NCBI GenBank assembly: GCA_012520315.1
Contig: JAAYOM010000018.1
Span: forward strand, 3,530 to 67,529
Direction: 5' to 3'
DNA from: Bacillota bacterium
GTDB lineage: Bacteria > Bacillota > Limnochordia > Darwinibacteriales > Darwinibacteriaceae
DNA length: 64,000 nt
In this document: positions 61,599-64,000 of the stretch, piece by piece
Numbering within the stretch: position 1 is the first letter of the stretch
How the letters are laid out: the number at the start of each line of letters is the position of its first letter
Program-made: the position numbers and the translations under genes
The notes under the pieces: model-generated
Seen by the model: only the letters and a program-made list of their open reading frames with translations
Database searches by the model: none
Told to the model about the DNA's origin: nothing

Positions 61599-64000
61599 TC
61601 ACACTTTTAGCAGGGAAAAGTGTCTGTTCACCGCTTGCTTGACAAGGCGCAGGACGGTTTCAACAAAGAGGGGCAGGATGGCAAAAAGGCCTACCAAGAG
61701 CCAGTCATCGACTGTCAAAGGCACAGTTTGAAAGATACCGGCCATAAACGGATTGTAAATGATGAAGACTTGGGCCCCTGCAGATAAGAGCACAGCAAAA
61801 ATAAGATAGGGATTGCCCCAAATGCCTATATCAAAAAGCGAACGGCGTTCATGACGGCACTGGAAAGAAAAGACCAGCTGGGCGAAGACCAAAGTTGTAA
61901 AGGCCATGGTTCTGCTGCGCACCACATCACCTGGATAGTACCAGAGAGTGAAGACAAAGACAAGGAGCGCTGCCAGGCTGATCACAGTTCCGGAGAACAG
62001 AATCCGCCTAAGCAAACCCCGGGCAAACACGCCCTCCTTGGGACTCCGGGGTTGTTGCAGCATTAAGTCCCTATCCGTTGGATCAAGCCCTAAGGCGATG
62101 GCAGGCAGACCATCTGTCACCAGATTCATCCAAAGAATCTGCATCGGCACCAAGGGCAAGGGCAGGCCGGCAAGGGTAGCGGCGAGCATCGTTAATACCT
62201 CCCCCACATTGCAGCCAAGCAGATAACGGATAAACTTGCGGATGTTGTCGTAGATGCCCCGCCCCTCCCGGACCGCCCGGATGATGGTGCCAAAGTTGTC
62301 ATCAAGCAACACCATGTCTGAGGCTTCCCTGGTGACATCGGTCCCCTGGATGCCCATACTGACTCCGATATGGGCTTCTTTAACAGCAGGAGCATCGTTT
62401 ACTCCATCGCCTGTCATGGCCACAATTTCCCCATTGGCCTGCAAGGCACGGACAATGGAAAGCTTATGGCTGGGGGCAACCCGGGCAAAAACCGCTACTG
62501 AACCGATTCGCTTCCTTTGTTCCAGGGGCGTTAATGCTTCCCACTGGGCACCGGTCACAACCTCTGATGCCTCCGGAGTCAAAAGCCCGATGCGCTCCGC
62601 AATTGCCGCGGCCGTTCGCCTGTGGTCGCCTGTTACCATAATAGTGCGAATGCCGCCTAGACGCGCGGCCCGAATTGCAGCGGGCACCTCAGATCTTGGG
62701 GGATCGAGCATGCCGACCAGTCCGGTTAAGATCAGCCCCTGCTCCCAATTTCCAGCAGGAGGCACCTGACTGCCCAGGGGCTTGTGGGCCGTGGCCAGAA
62801 CCCTCAGGGCGTCATTGGCCATGCTCTCCAGGGCCTCTTGCGCCCTTTGCCGGTCTTCCTGAGTAAAGAGGACGACTTCACTGCCAACCATCATATGGGT
62901 GCATCTTTGCATGATTACATCAGGGGCCCCTTTCACCAGGGCCAGATATCCCTTTTCGCCTTGCACCACTACACTCATGCGTTTGCGCTCGGAATCAAAG
63001 GGCAAACTGCCGACTTCAGGGTACTTTCTCCTAAGGGCGGACTGGCCTGGCAGTCTGCTCCGTTCTGCCAGGCGCAGCAGGGCAACCTCGGTGGGATCGC
63101 CGAAAAACTCACCGCTGCCGTATACCTCGGCCCTGGTGCACAGGGCGCCCACCAAATTCGCGTAATAGAGAGAATCTCCCCGCCCCGCCTGCAGCTCCAA
63201 GCTGCCTGCATCACTTAAGTGCAGTTTACCTTGGGGCGACCACAGCGCCTGTACCTCCATTTGATTCAGAGTCAATGTACCTGTCTTGTCTGAACAGATT
63301 ACTGTAGCGCAGCCTAGGGTCTCGACCGCAGGCAGCTGGCGGATAATGGCATTTTGCCTGCTCATACGCTGTACACCAACTGATAGGGCAATGGTCACCA
63401 CCGCAGGCAATCCTTCCGGAATTGCTGCCACAGCCAGAGTTACGCCTACCATAAACATTTTATAAACCGGCTGGCCCTGCCTAATGCCGGCGAGAAAAAC
63501 CACCGCCACAATGGCCAGGCAGGCTAAAACCAGGATCTTGCCCAGCTGGCTGAGGCGTTTCTGCAGCGGGGTGGCCACTTCCCCATCGTCCTGGAGCAGA
63601 TGCGCTATTTCACCAATCTCAGTATCCATGCCGGTTGTGACAACTAGAGCCTTGGCAGAACCTCTGGTCACTAAGGTACTTTTGAAAACTACGTTTTTCA
63701 GATCCCCAATGGGTGTGCCCGCCTCACCCCTGAAGTTTTCACTTTTCGTAACCGGCAGAGATTCACCGGTCAGGTTAGACTCATCCACACTCAAAGCCTG
63801 ACTCTCCAAGAGGAGACAGTCGGCTGGCACCCGATCCCCAGGTTCTAGGAATACGATGTCACCGGGGACCAGCATAAAGGCATCGATACTGGACTTGTGA
63901 CCGTCCCGCAGCACTTTGCTGTGGGGGGCAGCCAGTTTCCCCAGCATATCTAAGGACTTTTCCGCCTTGTATTCTTGGTAAAAACCTAAGATGGAATTTA
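61599..64000 (-). CDS. P-type cation-transporting ATPase (Ca2+-ATPase/YloB-like), C-terminal about 800 aa; N-terminus lies beyond the window end
   Basis: DKTGTLT phosphorylation site, [10 protein letters not shown] hinge and 10-TM architecture. The reading frame stays open to the window edge, so the Met at 63947 is not the true start. Confidence 0.9.
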   Translation of the reverse strand, partial: NSILGFYQEYKAEKSLDMLGKLAAPHSKVLRDGHKSSIDAFMLVPGDIVFLEPGDRVPADCLLLESQALSVDESNLTGESLPVTKSENFRGEAGTPIGDLKNVVFKSTLVTRGSAKALVVTTGMDTEIGEIAHLLQDDGEVATPLQKRLSQLGKILVLACLAIVAVVFLAGIRQGQPVYKMFMVGVTLAVAAIPEGLPAVVTIALSVGVQRMSRQNAIIRQLPAVETLGCATVICSDKTGTLTLNQMEVQALWSPQGKLHLSDAGSLELQAGRGDSLYYANLVGALCTRAEVYGSGEFFGDPTEVALLRLAERSRLPGQSALRRKYPEVGSLPFDSERKRMSVVVQGEKGYLALVKGAPDVIMQRCTHMMVGSEVVLFTQEDRQRAQEALESMANDALRVLATAHKPLGSQVPPAGNWEQGLILTGLVGMLDPPRSEVPAAIRAARLGGIRTIMVTGDHRRTAAAIAERIGLLTPEASEVVTGAQWEALTPLEQRKRIGSVAVFARVAPSHKLSIVRALQANGEIVAMTGDGVNDAPAVKEAHIGVSMGIQGTDVTREASDMVLLDDNFGTIIRAVREGRGIYDNIRKFIRYLLGCNVGEVLTMLAATLAGLPLPLVPMQILWMNLVTDGLPAIALGLDPTDRDLMLQQPRSPKEGVFARGLLRRILFSGTVISLAALLVFVFTLWYYPGDVVRSRTMAFTTLVFAQLVFSFQCRHERRSLFDIGIWGNPYLIFAVLLSAGAQVFIIYNPFMAGIFQTVPLTVDDWLLVGLFAILPLFVETVLRLVKQAVNRHFSLLKV

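Overview
The window reads as a core chromosomal segment of an endospore-forming Firmicute (class Clostridia-like, about 53% GC). Almost every gene is on the minus strand, and the order is strongly syntenic with the B. subtilis yloB...fliF region. Reading along the minus strand from the high-coordinate end: P-type ATPase, yicC, mIHF-like, remA, gmk, rpoZ, priA, def, fmt, Zn-peptidase, rsmB, Spo0A-like regulator, tRNA-Pro, rlmN, FHA/PP2C/FtsW/PBP/PrkC, rsgA, rpe, TPP riboswitch-thiT-thiN, rpmB(+), asp23/fakA/fakB, recG, rsmD, coaD, ylbJ(+), yceD, rpmF, fapR-plsX-fabHDG-acpP-fabF, rnc, a SigH-like sigma factor with a divergent HTH/S24-like partner, smc, ftsY, ylxM, ffh, rpsP, KH, rimM, trmD, rplS, lepB, rbgA, rnhB, yraN, a DD-carboxypeptidase, two tandem Lrp regulators, comM(+, inverted), dprA, smg-like, topA, trmFO, xerC, hslVU and flgB-flgC-fliE-fliF. 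No CRISPR array, mobile element or obvious defence island was seen. The most unusual places are the small accessory junctions, which are local regulatory or paralog oddities rather than a clear multi-gene novel system: (1) the sigma/HTH-S24 module between rnc and smc; (2) an orphan strong promoter-terminator unit with a tiny basic ORF between rpe and the thiamine riboswitch; (3) a Spo0A-like regulator with a non-canonical recognition helix beside tRNA-Pro and a stand-alone integrase SAM-domain ORF; (4) a dacB-lrp-lrp insertion with an inverted comM.
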